Shown: piece after piece, positions 10,715-19,628 of the stretch
Layout of the letters: each line of letters begins with the position of its first letter
Position numbering within the stretch: position 1 is the stretch's first letter
Virus record (IMG/VR): IMGVR_UViG_3300045988_181003
Span: 336,902 to 400,901 of that record
Reading direction: 5' to 3' (one strand)
From: a virus
DNA: 64,000 bases
The notes under the pieces: generated by a model
Seen by the model: only the letters and a program-made list of their open reading frames with translations
Databases searched by the model: none
Told to the model about the DNA's origin: nothing
Translations under genes and position numbers: made by a program

Positions 10715-11171
10715 AAAAGATAGAACGATAAAAATTATGACTCCGGATGGAGAGAAAACGATTAGATTCATGTCTGGTCGGGAAGCAGGAGACGAAGAAC
10801 ATTTTAGTTTTTGTCAAGAAAATTGCAAATATGCTAACTGTTGTGAAAATCTTCCAAATCCAGATTTAAATACACCGGGTGATAATTTAATGGACTTTTG
10901 TATAGCTCAGGATAATAAGAATCCGTCTGATCAGGATACTCTTATGAACACTTATTATCCGGTGAATATAGAAAAATATATCCCTAATTTTATGGATAAA
11001 GTCTTAAAATCTGACCCTAGATTTTCATTAAACGATATTCATAGTACCATTTGTCGAGAATTTTGTTCTCTTTATTCAGAGGCTGGAATTACTGATGAAT
11101 GTAGTGAGAAAAATCCAATGTGTGTATTACAAGCATTATTAATTAGAAATAAAACCAAAAACGATGATTGA
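10680..11171 (+). CDS. hypothetical Cys-rich protein
   Basis: 163-codon ORF with multiple Cys clusters (CQENCKYANCCEN). Confidence 0.4.
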   Translation: MIQILYYIMASKKDRTIKIMTPDGEKTIRFMSGREAGDEEHFSFCQENCKYANCCENLPNPDLNTPGDNLMDFCIAQDNKNPSDQDTLMNTYYPVNIEKYIPNFMDKVLKSDPRFSLNDIHSTICREFCSLYSEAGITDECSEKNPMCVLQALLIRNKTKNDD

Positions 11172-12480
11172 ACTGATAGGGAAACATGGAAAGGACTGCA
11201 AAATATATGTGGATGATCCAGAAGAAGATGTTATTCAGTTTCTATATAAAGTGTTAGATAATGACATCTCACAAGATATTCCAATTAGAGTAATGCCAGA
11301 TTGTCATTCTGGAACTGGGTGTATAGTTGGTCTTACATTACCAACTGAGACAAAAGTAAATCCAGAGTACATAGGTTGTGATATTGGCTGTGGGGTAGTT
11401 ACATTTATATCTAAAACTGCTATTCCAGATTCACCAGATTTAGCTAAGGTAAATTATAAAATTCGCAATCTTATACCAATGGGTATGGAAATAAATGAAA
11501 AACCTATAGTAGATGAGAAAGAATTTTATAGATATCTTCGGACAGAATACTCTAAAGCTAGGTCAGCCTGGCCAGAGGTAATTCCAGATGTTGGTGAAAT
11601 CGGAGAGAAATATCTGAGAGATATGCTCCGTAGATTAGGAATGGATCAAGGTGTATTTTATAAATCACTTGGTACATTAGGTGGAGGTAATCATTTTATC
11701 GAAGTCTCAGAAACTCCAGATAAAAATTGGGCTCTTACTGTTCACTGTGGTTCCAGAAATTTTGGAATTAAGGTGTGGAAGTATTGGTCTAAGATTGGAA
11801 AATCTATGAGAAAAGATGAAAAACGATTGAAACCTCTAGAAGCAGAGATTCGAGCTAAATATAGTGGACCAGAGATAGAAAGAAGAATAAAAATCCTTAG
11901 ACTTGATCCAGTATATAACCTAAGATCACCTAATGGATTTTTAGAAGGGTCTGATATGTCAGGATATCTTAGTGACATGTGTATAGCTCAGGCATATGCA
12001 TCTTATAACAGATACTTGATAATTAAAAGAATAACCTCAGCACTTCGGTGGAAAGAGGTAGAAAGAATAGAATCAGTTCATAATTATCTAGACTTCACAG
12101 ATCATATCCTTAGGAAAGGGTCAATTAGATCTTATCAGAACGAAAAACTAATTATTCCCTTGAATATGGCTGATGGAATTTTAGTATGTAGAGGAAAATC
12201 TAATCCAGATTGGAATTATAGTGCACCTCATGGAGCTGGTCGAAAGTTTTCCAGAAGTGCAGCTAAGAAAAATATAACTCTTGATTCCTTTAAAGAAAGA
12301 ATGACAGGTGTATTCTCAACATCAGTTTGTAAAGAAACTATAGATGAATCACCAATGGCATATAAGGACTCAGAACTAATTGAATCCTTAATTGAGCCAA
12401 CTGTCGAAGTTCTATATAAGATGAAACCTATTATCAATTTAAAATCAGCCAATATCTTAGATAAAAATGAAGAAGATTAA
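11164..12480 (+). CDS. rtcB: RtcB-family RNA 3'-phosphate/2',3'-cyclic phosphate ligase
   Basis: RtcB signature motifs: MPDCHSGTG, DIGCGV, GGGNHFIEV, HNY, APHGAGR. Confidence 0.85.
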   Translation: MIELIGKHGKDCKIYVDDPEEDVIQFLYKVLDNDISQDIPIRVMPDCHSGTGCIVGLTLPTETKVNPEYIGCDIGCGVVTFISKTAIPDSPDLAKVNYKIRNLIPMGMEINEKPIVDEKEFYRYLRTEYSKARSAWPEVIPDVGEIGEKYLRDMLRRLGMDQGVFYKSLGTLGGGNHFIEVSETPDKNWALTVHCGSRNFGIKVWKYWSKIGKSMRKDEKRLKPLEAEIRAKYSGPEIERRIKILRLDPVYNLRSPNGFLEGSDMSGYLSDMCIAQAYASYNRYLIIKRITSALRWKEVERIESVHNYLDFTDHILRKGSIRSYQNEKLIIPLNMADGILVCRGKSNPDWNYSAPHGAGRKFSRSAAKKNITLDSFKERMTGVFSTSVCKETIDESPMAYKDSELIESLIEPTVEVLYKMKPIINLKSANILDKNEED

Positions 12481-12676
12481 AATTCCTAATATTAGTTGGG
12501 GACACATCTGTACCTCGCTAATGGTTACATCAATATTAATGGGATTATATGTTATTATATTTCATTTTTCAGAACTTTCAATTATAGTTAATATTTTAAT
12601 AGTGTTATCTATAATTGTTTCAGTGTTCATTTGTGTTGAAATTATAAAAGAAATGAAAAAGAGGAAGGATGTTTAA
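12467..12676 (+). CDS. small membrane protein
   Basis: 69 codons, two hydrophobic helices. Confidence 0.35.
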   Translation: MKKIKIPNISWGHICTSLMVTSILMGLYVIIFHFSELSIIVNILIVLSIIVSVFICVEIIKEMKKRKDV

Positions 12677-13175
12677 TAGTGTAACATGTTTTCTTAGAAA
12701 AGTAACTAAGGAAGCAATCTTAGAATTATTGGAATTGGGATATACAACTGATAAATATCCACTTGATGAAAACCTACAGAATAACAAAGAATTTGGAATA
12801 GCAACTTCAGTTTGTGGAACTTTTTCAATTATTAGAGTTGAGCTTTTCGATTCCAAAGATCCTCATACTACATGGAATTGTGCGGGTCGTATTGATTGTA
12901 AAGATAATGCAGAATTATTCTTATCACTATGTTCGATTAAGGATGATACTGACAAAGGATCATTATTCTGTTTACCTACATCTTTAATGAAAGATCAAGA
13001 TGGAATTCTTATGAAAGATCTTTGGAGAATTAGTTTTATCAAATGTCAATATGATACTTGGGAAGAACAATGTAGGTTTTGTGAAGAAAATAATATTAAG
13101 TTAAAAACTAAAAATCCAGCTCGTGACTTTCATAAAGCAACAGTATCGGATTTATTATTAAAATATGAGTTATGA
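12669..13175 (+). CDS. hypothetical protein
   Basis: 168-codon ORF. Confidence 0.4.
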   Translation: MFNSVTCFLRKVTKEAILELLELGYTTDKYPLDENLQNNKEFGIATSVCGTFSIIRVELFDSKDPHTTWNCAGRIDCKDNAELFLSLCSIKDDTDKGSLFCLPTSLMKDQDGILMKDLWRISFIKCQYDTWEEQCRFCEENNIKLKTKNPARDFHKATVSDLLLKYEL

Positions 13176-13396
13176 TAGGTTCAGTAATAGCAGCAATAGC
13201 AAATGAACTGGGTAAATATCCAGATATTGATTCTCAAAAGAAAGTATTAGAGTCATTCCTAGAAGTTTTAGGAGAGGTTTATGAAGTATCAACTATGTTA
13301 ATCATGATAGATAAGATGAAATCTTTAAATGATTTTCTAAAATTTTCTGAGATTTTAAATTATAAGGCAGAGATTCTTAAACAGTTTGATTTTTAA
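13172..13396 (+). CDS. hypothetical protein
   Basis: 74-codon ORF with ATGA start/stop overlap with upstream gene. Confidence 0.35.
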   Translation: MIGSVIAAIANELGKYPDIDSQKKVLESFLEVLGEVYEVSTMLIMIDKMKSLNDFLKFSEILNYKAEILKQFDF

Positions 13397-13600
13397 TGAA
13401 CTGATATAATCGCCTGAAAGCCTTATATATGTATGAAAATAAAGAAAAATAAAATTATGAAAGATAAATTTAAGCAGTTGGAATGGAAATATCGATTGAA
13501 ATTCCTCCCGAAGTAATATTCGGGGTTTTCTACTTAGAATAGTCATATAGATAAATGATTATTTTAGGTAGAAAACAGGATTAAATTTCAGAATTTTATA

Positions 13601-13640
13601 AAATAAAAAAGCGTGGCTTAGTGCCACGCTAATTTTTTTG
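13601..13640. terminator. bidirectional rho-independent terminator at convergent junction
   Basis: A-run, hairpin gcgtggcTTAGTgccacgc, T-run. Confidence 0.7.
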
Positions 13641-13644
13641 TTCT

Positions 13645-13917
13645 TTAAAGCATAAAAATTAATACTAAAGAAATCAGAATTCCTCCTAAGAATCCACCTA
13701 TTGTTGTTATACAACAATTAGGCCATTCACAACTGTTTCTATATAGTATTTCTTTATACTTTAAAAGTAGGATCGTAGTAATTGCACATATGAGGTGTCC
13801 TAATAATGTATCAATTAATATTGCAATTATTCCTATGATAATTCCACCAATTAGGTGTTTACTGAAGTTACCAGTATATATCCAATTGAAGAATTTTTTA
13901 AACCTATTACTAATCAT
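13645..13917 (-). CDS. small two-helix membrane protein (holin-like topology, unproven)
   Basis: 90 codons, two long hydrophobic segments. Confidence 0.4.
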   Translation of the reverse strand: MISNRFKKFFNWIYTGNFSKHLIGGIIIGIIAILIDTLLGHLICAITTILLLKYKEILYRNSCEWPNCCITTIGGFLGGILISLVLIFML

Positions 13918-13920
13918 GGT

Positions 13921-14020
13921 AATATCAGTTTTATAAAGCGGTTCTCCTACTACGTCCTATTCGTTCGTGCCCGCTGCGCTACTCACAAGGACTACGTAAC
14001 GGAGAACTAACGGCTGCGCC
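13921..14020 (-). other. GC-rich structured element immediately 3' of VR1 (candidate DGR homing hairpin/cruciform)
   Basis: about 100 nt of high GC in AT-rich genome; inverted repeats gttctcc/ggagaac and gtcc..tac/gta..ggac; direct repeat cgctgcgc x2; absent from the equivalent position of the paralogous VR2 locus. Confidence 0.4.
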
Positions 14021-16852
14021 TTACGCTAGCGCTACTTGTAGGGAGGCGGCAGAGTAGCGGGTCGAAGCCGACTGGGAGGGGTTGCCATACCAGGCACGAG
14101 CCGAAGCGGCACTCCAGTTAGCGTGACCTCTACCACGCATACTAGCACGGACCTTTGATCCCCGGGTGTTGAACCAGCCAGAAGCGTCATAGTTAACAGC
14201 ATACGAACAAGCTCCTGTCGTCATAGTACCGCCACCTTTGGCAGTTGGAACTGGAGTGTAGGGAAAATATTCTTTTACCCAACCTTCGCCATTTCTAATT
14301 CCAGTTCCTACTTTTTCATAGATATATTCGAAATCAAACTTAGATCCGTCTGTATTAGTAATTGCAGTTGTATAAGTCAGATCTTTTTGTCTAGTGCATA
14401 GATAAGCAGTAAATGGATTAACATATTTACTTCCATCTGTTGTCGGAGTTTCAACATCTACCACTACTTCACAACCAGCGTATCCATAATCAAATACATC
14501 TCCCCAAAAAACTTCTCCATCAATAACTGGAATCTGTAATACTACTTGAACTAGTACACTTGATTCCACTGCAGTAGCTGAATCTCTTGTAGTAAATCCC
14601 TTCACTTCTGTCTCTGGGTAAATTTTAACAAGTTTGGCGTTCATGTCTGGGCCGTCTAGGAGAGTAGCCGCTTTAGTAACATTAGTATACTTATAAGTCT
14701 CTTCATCCCAGTAAAATATAGTATCTGGTTGGATTCCACATTCTACTGCTAAGGATAATGCCATCTGTGATTCTAAGGTTCTTTCTTTTGGTGCTTCTCC
14801 ATTAGCTACTACAGTAACTCGTTTATCATTAGATATAGCTGCTGAAGCACTACTAGATGAATAATAATACAAACATATACCATCACTATTTTTCAGTCCC
14901 GTCGATGATGAGTTATAACCCTGAGACATGAGACTATAATAGTAAGTGCTAGATTCTGCATTTTCTCTTAATCTCATTCCAGTTACTGTTCCCCAGTTAC
15001 CAGCATTTACTCCAACATTACTACTAATTCCATGTCCCCAATAAGTTCCAAGATTATATGTTCCATATTTTACAAAATCAGCATATAATCTGCTCATCTT
15101 GTGGAAACACATTCCTTCAGAACAAGGTAATGGAGATGTAGTATTTTTATTCTTTGCTCTGGCTTTCTGCATAGTAGTAATAGCATTCTGATTATAGGTA
15201 GGATAAGCATAACCGGCTCTATTGAATATATCAAAATCTGGGTATTTAGATTTATCTAATCCATATCTAGGTAATGAATATCCAGCTGAACCAGCACCAG
15301 ATTTACAATAAATTGATCTTAATTTACTATTTATTTGAGTTGGTAAACCTGGACAACCACCAGTAGGATCAACTAGTTTTGCTAGAATTCCATCATAATA
15401 GGTTTCTTTCTCAAAGAAGGCAAATATCTCTTGTCCCCTTCTTCCTTTTTCTCCTCCTATTATCCATATCGGTTTAGTCCATCCACATACTATATCATAA
15501 CCTTTATCAATAGTCTCCCACGGTCTTCTACAATATACTTCAGTACCAGAGGCATTATATAAAGGAGTAGGTTTGGACAATCCAGCTCCACCATAAGTTG
15601 TCCACCATGTATTTGGGTCATATGATCCAGCAGCAAATGCTAAATTTTGTCCAGACGTATCAGTATAAAGTGCTACACTAGATGCGTTATACTGAGCTTC
15701 TGATATAACAACTGTAGGAGCCCATTGACCATTAGTAAATCTTAGCCAATTGTTTTTCTGTAATTCCCCAACTATTTTGGCTTTCTCACCATCACTAACA
15801 TCAATTAAGTAAAAACCTTTAGAATTAATTATTTTTAAACTTCCAGTCTCTTGAACATCAGCATCTGGTGATAAACCAGGTCTGTTCCATTCAGCATATT
15901 CTTTATACCCCAAAGATTCTTTCATCTCATTAGTTTTCCTAGAAGCTTCATCAAGTATTTCAGCATCTCTTCTAATCATTTCGGATGTTACTAATTTAAC
16001 AACAAAATCTATATCTTTGCGAGTGCTGTATCTTATATATTTAGTTCCTTCTGGGAGCTGTGAGTATGGAATAAATCTTTCAACGTTAGATTGATCTGAA
16101 TAAGGAATTATTTGAGCTATGAATGTATAGTTTTTATCATATGCATTCATTAATGAGTATTTTTCGCCAGCATCAGAAGTATAATACTTTAGTTTATTAC
16201 TATAAATACTAGTATTTTTGGGGACAAAGATAAAAGATGACGTAATATATTTATTAAGAGTATTTAATACAGTAGTACCATCACTTTGTAGTAAAGAATT
16301 AGTTGTTTTACAATTACTGTAGTCAACCTCAGAATATGCTCCTATCTCTGTCCACTCAAAAGATCCACTAGTTATTTCATCTCCTCGAAATTCATGCCAA
16401 AGACCTAAAGAATCTTTGAATTTTATTGTACATCCATCAGTTAGAGTTGCTATAGTTTCATAATCTACCACAGCAGTTGTTATATCTGGATAAGATTTTC
16501 CCATTAGCTGGGTAATATTTACAGAACTTTCATAGATACTTTTTCGTTCCTCATTTATTTCTGGAGTAGGAATTTTTACTAATCCATTTTCATCTGGACC
16601 ATATGTTACTCCTCGATAAATTATTTTAGAAATATTACCAGATGCATGGAATTCAATATATCCTGTTATTTTATTATCAGAACTTATCTCAGTTGCTGAG
16701 TATATTTTTTTTGTTTCTTTTACATAAAACAACATTCCAATCCAAGGATATGGTATTTCAGATATTTTTGCAATTGTATCTATAACAACTCTTAAGTCTA
16801 ATGGTTCATTATGTAATGAAGGAATTAGTGCTCCTTCTATATTTTCTAACAT
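14021..16852 (-). CDS. tail fibre / receptor-binding protein, DGR target 1 (C-terminal variable repeat)
   Basis: 943 codons; N-terminal approx. 60 aa shared with two other large fibre proteins; conserved central motifs (IVGELQKNNW, GYDIV.GW, LEGPDMNA, FEGIYEK); C-terminus ...MRGRGHANWSAASARAWYGNPSQSASTRYSAASLQVALA encoded by VR1. Confidence 0.8.
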   Translation of the reverse strand: MLENIEGALIPSLHNEPLDLRVVIDTIAKISEIPYPWIGMLFYVKETKKIYSATEISSDNKITGYIEFHASGNISKIIYRGVTYGPDENGLVKIPTPEINEERKSIYESSVNITQLMGKSYPDITTAVVDYETIATLTDGCTIKFKDSLGLWHEFRGDEITSGSFEWTEIGAYSEVDYSNCKTTNSLLQSDGTTVLNTLNKYITSSFIFVPKNTSIYSNKLKYYTSDAGEKYSLMNAYDKNYTFIAQIIPYSDQSNVERFIPYSQLPEGTKYIRYSTRKDIDFVVKLVTSEMIRRDAEILDEASRKTNEMKESLGYKEYAEWNRPGLSPDADVQETGSLKIINSKGFYLIDVSDGEKAKIVGELQKNNWLRFTNGQWAPTVVISEAQYNASSVALYTDTSGQNLAFAAGSYDPNTWWTTYGGAGLSKPTPLYNASGTEVYCRRPWETIDKGYDIVCGWTKPIWIIGGEKGRRGQEIFAFFEKETYYDGILAKLVDPTGGCPGLPTQINSKLRSIYCKSGAGSAGYSLPRYGLDKSKYPDFDIFNRAGYAYPTYNQNAITTMQKARAKNKNTTSPLPCSEGMCFHKMSRLYADFVKYGTYNLGTYWGHGISSNVGVNAGNWGTVTGMRLRENAESSTYYYSLMSQGYNSSSTGLKNSDGICLYYYSSSSASAAISNDKRVTVVANGEAPKERTLESQMALSLAVECGIQPDTIFYWDEETYKYTNVTKAATLLDGPDMNAKLVKIYPETEVKGFTTRDSATAVESSVLVQVVLQIPVIDGEVFWGDVFDYGYAGCEVVVDVETPTTDGSKYVNPFTAYLCTRQKDLTYTTAITNTDGSKFDFEYIYEKVGTGIRNGEGWVKEYFPYTPVPTAKGGGTMTTGACSYAVNYDASGWFNTRGSKVRASMRGRGHANWSAASARAWYGNPSQSASTRYSAASLQVALA
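14041..14130 (-). repeat. DGR variable repeat VR1
   Basis: approx. 90-nt match to TR (27931-28020); all 15 mismatches fall at TR adenines (coding strand), AAC codons in TR replaced by CAC/GCC/CCC/ACC/TAC etc.; 3' IMH-like gccgcctccc identical to TR. Confidence 0.85.
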
Positions 16853-16895
16853 TTTATTAAATTTATTAAAAAGTTTATTAAAGGTTCTCCATTTT

Positions 16896-19508
16896 TCACA
16901 CCAATGCTACTTGTAGGGACGCAGAATAGGCGCGGTACGAAAGTGACTGGGAGTTTGGGCTGAACCAGTAACGCGCCGAAGAGGTTTTCCAAGTAGAAGC
17001 ACCCCTACCACGCATAGAGGCTCTGATTTTCCGGCCTGCTACAGAAAACACAGTATCTCCGTAATTATCATAGTTAATTGAATATGCACAGGAACCAGTA
17101 TATAACGTTCCACCTTTGGTAACTGGAACAATTGAATATGGGAACAGATTTTTAGAGTATGCTTCACCATCTCTGATTCCTTCACCTATTTTCTCATAAA
17201 TTCCCTCAAATCCAAATCCACCACCAGATGTATATGAAGAATTCAAATACATTAATTTTTCTTGTGATGTACATAGATAGGCAATAAATGGGTTTGTATA
17301 TCTATGAATCCCACTAGATGTTGGTGTAACTACATCAACTACTACCTCAAGTCCTGCATAACCATAATCAAATATATCTCCCCAGAGCACCATACCATCA
17401 CACACTGGCCATTGTAATTTCATCTGACCCGTTACCGCCACTTTATTAGTAGTTCCCTTTTCATAAGGTTCACCTGAGAAATCTGTCCATTTAAATAAAC
17501 GAGCATTCATGTCTGGTCCTTCTAGGAGAGTATGTAAGTTGGGGATATTAGTATACTTATAAGTCTCTTCATCCCAAGTAAATTTTGTTTCTGGTTCAAT
17601 TTCTTTTTCTACTGCCCAAGATAAAGCCATTTGAGCTTCGAGTGTTCTACTTTTAGGATGTTCTAGATTTATCCAATAATTCCAGTTATATCCACTAGTA
17701 GATCCAGAAACTCCTGAAAAATTAGGATTATCTGCAAAAGTATGATGTAATAAATCTCCATTATTTATAGTAAATCTTATCCCACTTCCTCCTGAGCATT
17801 TATCCCAAGTGGTGGAATTGGGAGTTATATTTGAACTGATCCCTGGTCCCCACAAAGAATCTTGGTGAAGATCATATCGTAGATATTTAATATATCTAGA
17901 ATAAATATGACTCAATTTATGAAATCCCATTCCCTCACAAACTGGCATACTAGATTGAGTATCACCAATATTTCTTGCTCTGGCTGATGTCATAGTAGAT
18001 AATTGAGAAACATCTGTTTTTGGGTAGGCTCTATTTGTTCGCTGAATGTCAAAAATACTATTTTGACCAGCCGACATAGATCCACCGGTGTCTTTTATAT
18101 AGATACATCGTAAAGTATTCTTATAATAAGTTGGTAGATCTAAACAATACCCCGTTGGACTCACTTCTTTGCTTAAAAATCCATTATAATATGTTGGATT
18201 ACTGAAGAAACCAAATAAAGTATTCCCTGAGGAATCAAATTCTCCACCTAACATCCATATAGTTTTCTTCCACCCTATCACTATATCATAACCGAGATCT
18301 TTACTCTCCCAAGGTTTTCTAACATATACCTTAGCACCGGATATATTATATAAAGGCTGTTCAGCTTTATTATTTTTTAACCACCAATCAGTTGCATCAA
18401 AATTACCAACTGAATAAGCTAAATTTGTATGAGTTGGGTCAGCATATAGATCAACATTGGTTGCATCATAGTCTGAATCAGTTATAACAACCGTTGGTGC
18501 ATAACTACCGTCTGTGAATTTAAAGAGATTATTTTTCTGTAATTCACCAACTATCCTAACTCTATTTTTTCCAGAGGTATCCTGATGAATATGGACTAAA
18601 TATATTCCTTCTTCATTAGCAATTTCTCTATTCCCTACATTATAAGATGCTCTAGGTGATAGATTATTGGTTTTCCAAGAAGCAATTTCTTTATGTCCAA
18701 CTTGTTTATATGCCTCATCTACTTTTTCAGATAAATCAAGTATTTTTTCAGATAAATCTGCTTTAGCATTAAGAGAAAATATTTTAAGGGATAATGAATT
18801 ATATTTTTCATTATTATTTATAGAAAAATATACAGTTCCCTCAGGTCTATCAGATGGTTTTATTATTCTAGAATCTAATCCTGCTGTGCCGGATGTGAAT
18901 GCACTAATAAAATTATAATCTTTATCAAAATAAACTATTCTAGGGTCTGATGCACTAGTATAGGTTCGACAATAGATATAATCATTAGTTCCAATATGAA
19001 CAAAATAAGTTGAATGAAGGTCAGCTGATGTTGCATTATTCCCTGCTGAAGTATAAAATGTTCCAGTGTTATATTTAATATCACTATAACTTACCTCACA
19101 ATATTCACTAAAATTCAACCACTTAGTTCCATCCCAAAGATATTCTTGCCAACCAAGTGTAGAATCTTTATATTTTAAAATCAATCCATCTGAATAACCA
19201 TCAGCCGATTCATCATTATCAGCCTGAAATCGATAAGTCTCTACTCCACTAAGTCTAGTCATTGCAGTTGTTATTGTAACCTCTTCTGCATTTTGTAAAC
19301 CAGGCAGAGTATTATCATCATATACTGGATAAGGATATACAAGTTCTTCATCCCCAGACAAAGAAGATGGAAATAATTTCTCATAATTATTTAATTTCAT
19401 GATAATCTTATCTCCATCTTCACTTAATCTAGGAACTAAGTGTAATCCCTCCAGTACTTCCTGAGATACTTCTGATAGTTTCTCAATTGGAAATACAATA
19501 TATTTCAT
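16896..19508 (-). CDS. tail fibre / receptor-binding protein paralog, carries diverged variable repeat (VR2)
   Basis: 870 codons; shares central motifs and C-terminal RASMRGRG...SASLQVALV with the 943-aa paralog. Confidence 0.8.
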   Translation of the reverse strand: MKYIVFPIEKLSEVSQEVLEGLHLVPRLSEDGDKIIMKLNNYEKLFPSSLSGDEELVYPYPVYDDNTLPGLQNAEEVTITTAMTRLSGVETYRFQADNDESADGYSDGLILKYKDSTLGWQEYLWDGTKWLNFSEYCEVSYSDIKYNTGTFYTSAGNNATSADLHSTYFVHIGTNDYIYCRTYTSASDPRIVYFDKDYNFISAFTSGTAGLDSRIIKPSDRPEGTVYFSINNNEKYNSLSLKIFSLNAKADLSEKILDLSEKVDEAYKQVGHKEIASWKTNNLSPRASYNVGNREIANEEGIYLVHIHQDTSGKNRVRIVGELQKNNLFKFTDGSYAPTVVITDSDYDATNVDLYADPTHTNLAYSVGNFDATDWWLKNNKAEQPLYNISGAKVYVRKPWESKDLGYDIVIGWKKTIWMLGGEFDSSGNTLFGFFSNPTYYNGFLSKEVSPTGYCLDLPTYYKNTLRCIYIKDTGGSMSAGQNSIFDIQRTNRAYPKTDVSQLSTMTSARARNIGDTQSSMPVCEGMGFHKLSHIYSRYIKYLRYDLHQDSLWGPGISSNITPNSTTWDKCSGGSGIRFTINNGDLLHHTFADNPNFSGVSGSTSGYNWNYWINLEHPKSRTLEAQMALSWAVEKEIEPETKFTWDEETYKYTNIPNLHTLLEGPDMNARLFKWTDFSGEPYEKGTTNKVAVTGQMKLQWPVCDGMVLWGDIFDYGYAGLEVVVDVVTPTSSGIHRYTNPFIAYLCTSQEKLMYLNSSYTSGGGFGFEGIYEKIGEGIRDGEAYSKNLFPYSIVPVTKGGTLYTGSCAYSINYDNYGDTVFSVAGRKIRASMRGRGASTWKTSSARYWFSPNSQSLSYRAYSASLQVALV
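16911..17010 (-). repeat. diverged DGR variable repeat VR2 (possibly decayed or served by another TR)
   Basis: aligns codon-by-codon to TR; every TR AAC/AAT codon is substituted, but about a dozen additional non-adenine mismatches and 3 mismatches in the IMH-like 3' end. Confidence 0.55.
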
Positions 19509-19628
19509 ATTTTTAATAATTTATTATTTATAACTAGAAGGTTTTATTTTAGATTTTTCTAGTACTTTCTGCAAAATCTCGTTTAAGATTTCTCCAAAGA
19601 ATTCAAATAACATACTAATATTAGAAAA

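Noticed and set aside
13355-13546. 63-aa minus-strand ORF in the convergent intergenic region
   Set aside because: It lies downstream of the bidirectional terminator without an evident promoter and overlaps the end of a plus-strand gene. It is probably spurious.
16883-16890. GGAGAACC (minus-strand sense) as a Shine-Dalgarno sequence for the 943-aa gene, and likewise at 13940-13947 for the 90-aa gene
   Set aside because: It lies more than 20 nt upstream of the start codon in both cases, too far for an SD. It is interpreted instead as part of a conserved 3' flank shared by the duplicated fibre genes.
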